Part shown: piece after piece, positions 61,502 through 64,000 of the stretch | Numbering within the stretch: the stretch's first letter is position 1 | Layout: each line of letters opens with the position of its first letter | Assembly: GCA_037447605.1 (NCBI GenBank) | Contig: CM074812.1 | Location: 1,426,001 to 1,490,000, forward strand | Direction of reading: 5' to 3' | Length of the DNA stretch: 64,000 nt | Origin: Zygnema circumcarinatum SAG 698-1b | Taxonomy: Eukaryota; Plantae; Zygnematophyceae | The notes under the pieces: model-generated | What the model saw: only the letters and a program-made list of their open reading frames with translations | Told to the model about the DNA's origin: nothing | Databases searched by the model: none | Position numbers and translations under genes: made by a program

Positions 61502-61910
61502 TCACTGGTTCCGAACCAGTCGAATGGTTGTTTCAGTCCTGCGCCACTGGTTCGCAACCAGTCGACTGGTTTGGAACCAGTGGATCCACTGGTTGGCAAC
61601 CAGTCGACTGGTTTGGAACCAGTGGCAACCACTGGTTGGCAACCAGTCGAATGGTTGTTTCGGTCCGCAACCACTGGTTGGCAACCAGTCGAATGGTTGT
61701 TTCGATTCGGCGGCACTGGTTGGCAACCAGTCGAATGGTTGCCAACCAGTGGATCCACTGGTTCCAAACCAGTCGAATGGTTGTTTCCGTCCGGATCCAC
61801 TGGTTGGCAACCAGTCGAATGGTTGCCAACCAGTGGCATCCACTGGTTTGCAACCAGTCGAATGGTTGTTTCGGTCTGCAACCACTGGTTGCCAACCAGT
61901 CGACTGGTTT
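61502..61910. repeat. hAT right subterminal array, 10 x 42-43 bp
   Basis: Same units and same orientation as the left array. Confidence 0.92.
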
Positions 61911-62694
61911 GTCTAATGGTCCGATCTGTGGAGTCTTTACAAGGTCTAGGAGACTGCTTCTAGAGGCGTGTTGTTGATGTTGTTTTTGTTGTCCATGCAC
62001 CTTCCATGGCACCATCGCATGCACGAGACAAATGCAAGTTTCTCCTTAGGAGTGCCAATTCAAAGTACAACATGCCCATAAGATCTCTCAAACATTGTAA
62101 CATTGTAAACAGTGTAAGAGTACAAATTGGGTCATTGTATCATATCGTGCGAACATCAACAAATTATGTTCAACTTGGGAACCGCACCGTACGACCGATA
62201 CGGTAACCTCCGTCGACCGGCCGCACCCGTGACCGCACGGCTGTTCCTTGTCCTTCCGGCTTCGTTCCCGCCAGGTTCGGTCTCTTTGTTTGTCGTTTCT
62301 GTTCGGCCGTACAGTAAAGTACAATATCGTATCGAAACGATAAGGAAAGGTTGTTACGAAAGTTCAAAAGTAGAAGAAAATGCAAAAAGCAAGTGAACAC
62401 TTGCATATTAGGGGCAGTCAGACTTAACACATGGCCAAATCAAAATTAGTAAAGCCTGTCGGGCGAATTAAGCATTGGCTAGGTACGCATTTCGGTACGG
62501 CTGAGTTCGGCGGAGCCGCGGATCCCGAACCGGAATACGTACACGAAACTTTGACTTTTAGTATAATACTAAATTCTCGAATTTAGTACGCTCTGGGCTA
62601 AGCCTGACCCCCCCAAATTAGAGCCAGAAGCAAAAGATGGGTGGCAAGATAGAAACAAGAATTATTGTTCTTTTTTTTTCTTCATTTAGAAGTC

Positions 62695-62905
62695 TTGGTA
62701 TCATATCGTATCGCACTGCACCATCTCATCGTATAGCATCGTGTCATATCGTAAGGTATCCCATAGTATCGTATCGTCGTATATGAAAACATCGTATCGT
62801 ATTAGATCGTCTCCTAACGTACAGTATCGTATAATATCGTACCTTATCGTGTAATATCATATCGTATCAAATTGTCTGATATCGTACAGTATCGTATCGT
62901 ACGGT
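62695..62905. repeat. Degenerate (TATCG)n pentamer satellite
   Basis: Repeated ATCGT/TATCG units. Confidence 0.75.
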
Positions 62906-64000
62906 CATTTGTCGCATTCGCTGGAGTCGCGTTTTACCGATAGTAGTGATTTTTGTAGATTCTGCAACCTGCCGCGTCCTTCACTTGTCGATCCAACCCG
63001 CACAGGTTAATTCGTACAGACCGTACGGTACCAATCTCTAGGGTACAGTACAGTATCTACGGAGCTCGGTTTCGTACGATGCCGTACGGTACGAGCCGCA
63101 TATCCCCATTCGAAAAAAGACGGCAGTCGCAGGCGCTATTGATCGCCCAATCAATACATGACATGTGTCAAATATGATGACATGGCGCATCACTATTGGT
63201 CAAATATCCACCGATTCGCGGTCCGCCACGTCAGCTACAAATGCTTTCGTGACGCGCTCTGATTGGCTCGTGCCCTGGCGCTGTAGGCGCAGTTTTGAAA
63301 GCCGGCAGGAACTGTACGGACGGCCTCTCGCCCTGCTCCGGCGCCAGTCAAGGTCCAAACTTTGGCACTTTCCTTGCAGGAGACGGCAGGGGGCGAAAAG
63401 GGGAGACCCTGACAGCGGAGAGGGAGGGAGATAGTGCGAGGTGCGAGAGAGTGAGGGAGGGATAAGGGAGGGAGGAAGGGAGAGGAGAGGGAGAGGAGAC
63501 AGGAGAGGGAGGACTGGGAGACGGAGGAGGTGCGTCTTCCTGCATTGCTGAAGTAGTGGACGAGAAGGGGAGAAAAGAGGGAGTGGCGAGAAGGGTGGGA
63601 TAAGGGGAGGGACTGAGGGAGAGAGGGAGGGAAAGGAAGCAGGAGGGGGAGGAGTGGGAGAGGGAGGAGGGAGAGGGAGAGGAAGAAGGAGAGGAGAGGG
63701 AGAGGGAGAGAGAGGAGGGAGAGGGAGTCTCCATTTGGAAGGTTTTTCTTGGTGTATTGCATCTGTTTTTTGACTCTTCTCGTGTTTGTGTCCTTACTTG
63801 GTCGCTTCGAAGGTCCTAATGTTGCAGGTCAGCGATCTTGCAGATCAAGTTTGTAGGGTTTAAGGATTGCAGGGGCATAAATAAACCCTTGCCTTTCTTT
63901 TTTTGGCGTCTGGAGATTCAAAGTTTTGGTTTTAGTGTGTATGCGAAATGTGAGGTTTTGAAACTCAGATTAGGACTGGGTTCAGGAATGCTGCGGCGCT

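Larger units (their letters stand above)
56504..61930 (-). mobile_element. Full-length hAT DNA transposon (5427 bp)
   Basis: 14-bp TIRs CACAGTTCGGACCA (56504-56517) and CACAGATCGGACCA (reverse complement of 61917-61930), one mismatch. Perfect 8-bp TSD GAGTCTTT at 56496-56503 and 61931-61938. Transposase ORF and subterminal arrays inside. Confidence 0.95.

Noticed and set aside
56566-61910. CRISPR-like arrays (palindromic repeat plus spacer)
   Set aside because: The spacers are recurrent variants of two sequences rather than unique, there are no cas genes, the context is eukaryotic, and the arrays sit just inside hAT TIRs.

Overview
This is eukaryotic, intron-rich genomic DNA with plant-type genes and TTTAGGG-type repeats. 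It is most consistent with a streptophyte green alga or early-diverging plant (inference, not verified). Most long ORFs in the track (SLSL/ERER/poly-P/poly-G) are artefacts of low-complexity introns, so I rebuilt spliced genes by hand from GT-AG junctions. Seven host genes plus a formin were recovered: the 3' part of a MYB factor; a DUF3223 DOM1/EMB514-like gene; a WCRKC thioredoxin; a ~1000-aa type II membrane protein with two tandem GT61-like domains; a GT92 GALS-like galactosyltransferase; a gap-truncated class I glutamine-amidotransferase (GGP-like) gene; a gap-truncated FH1-FH2 formin; and an MPPE1/Cdc1-like metallophosphoesterase. Two mobile elements are present. One is a Ty1/Copia element with apparently identical LTRs inside an intron. 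The other is a complete 5.4-kb hAT transposon (TIRs, 8-bp TSD, intact 924-aa ORF) with 10+10 palindromic subterminal units in direct orientation. The best novelty leads are the hAT end arrays, an unexplained ~340-nt fold-back closed by a 28-bp stem (4032-4369), the double-GT61 protein, and complementary telomere-repeat introns bracketing exons. Two ~1.6-kb duplications next to N gaps are probably assembly artefacts.
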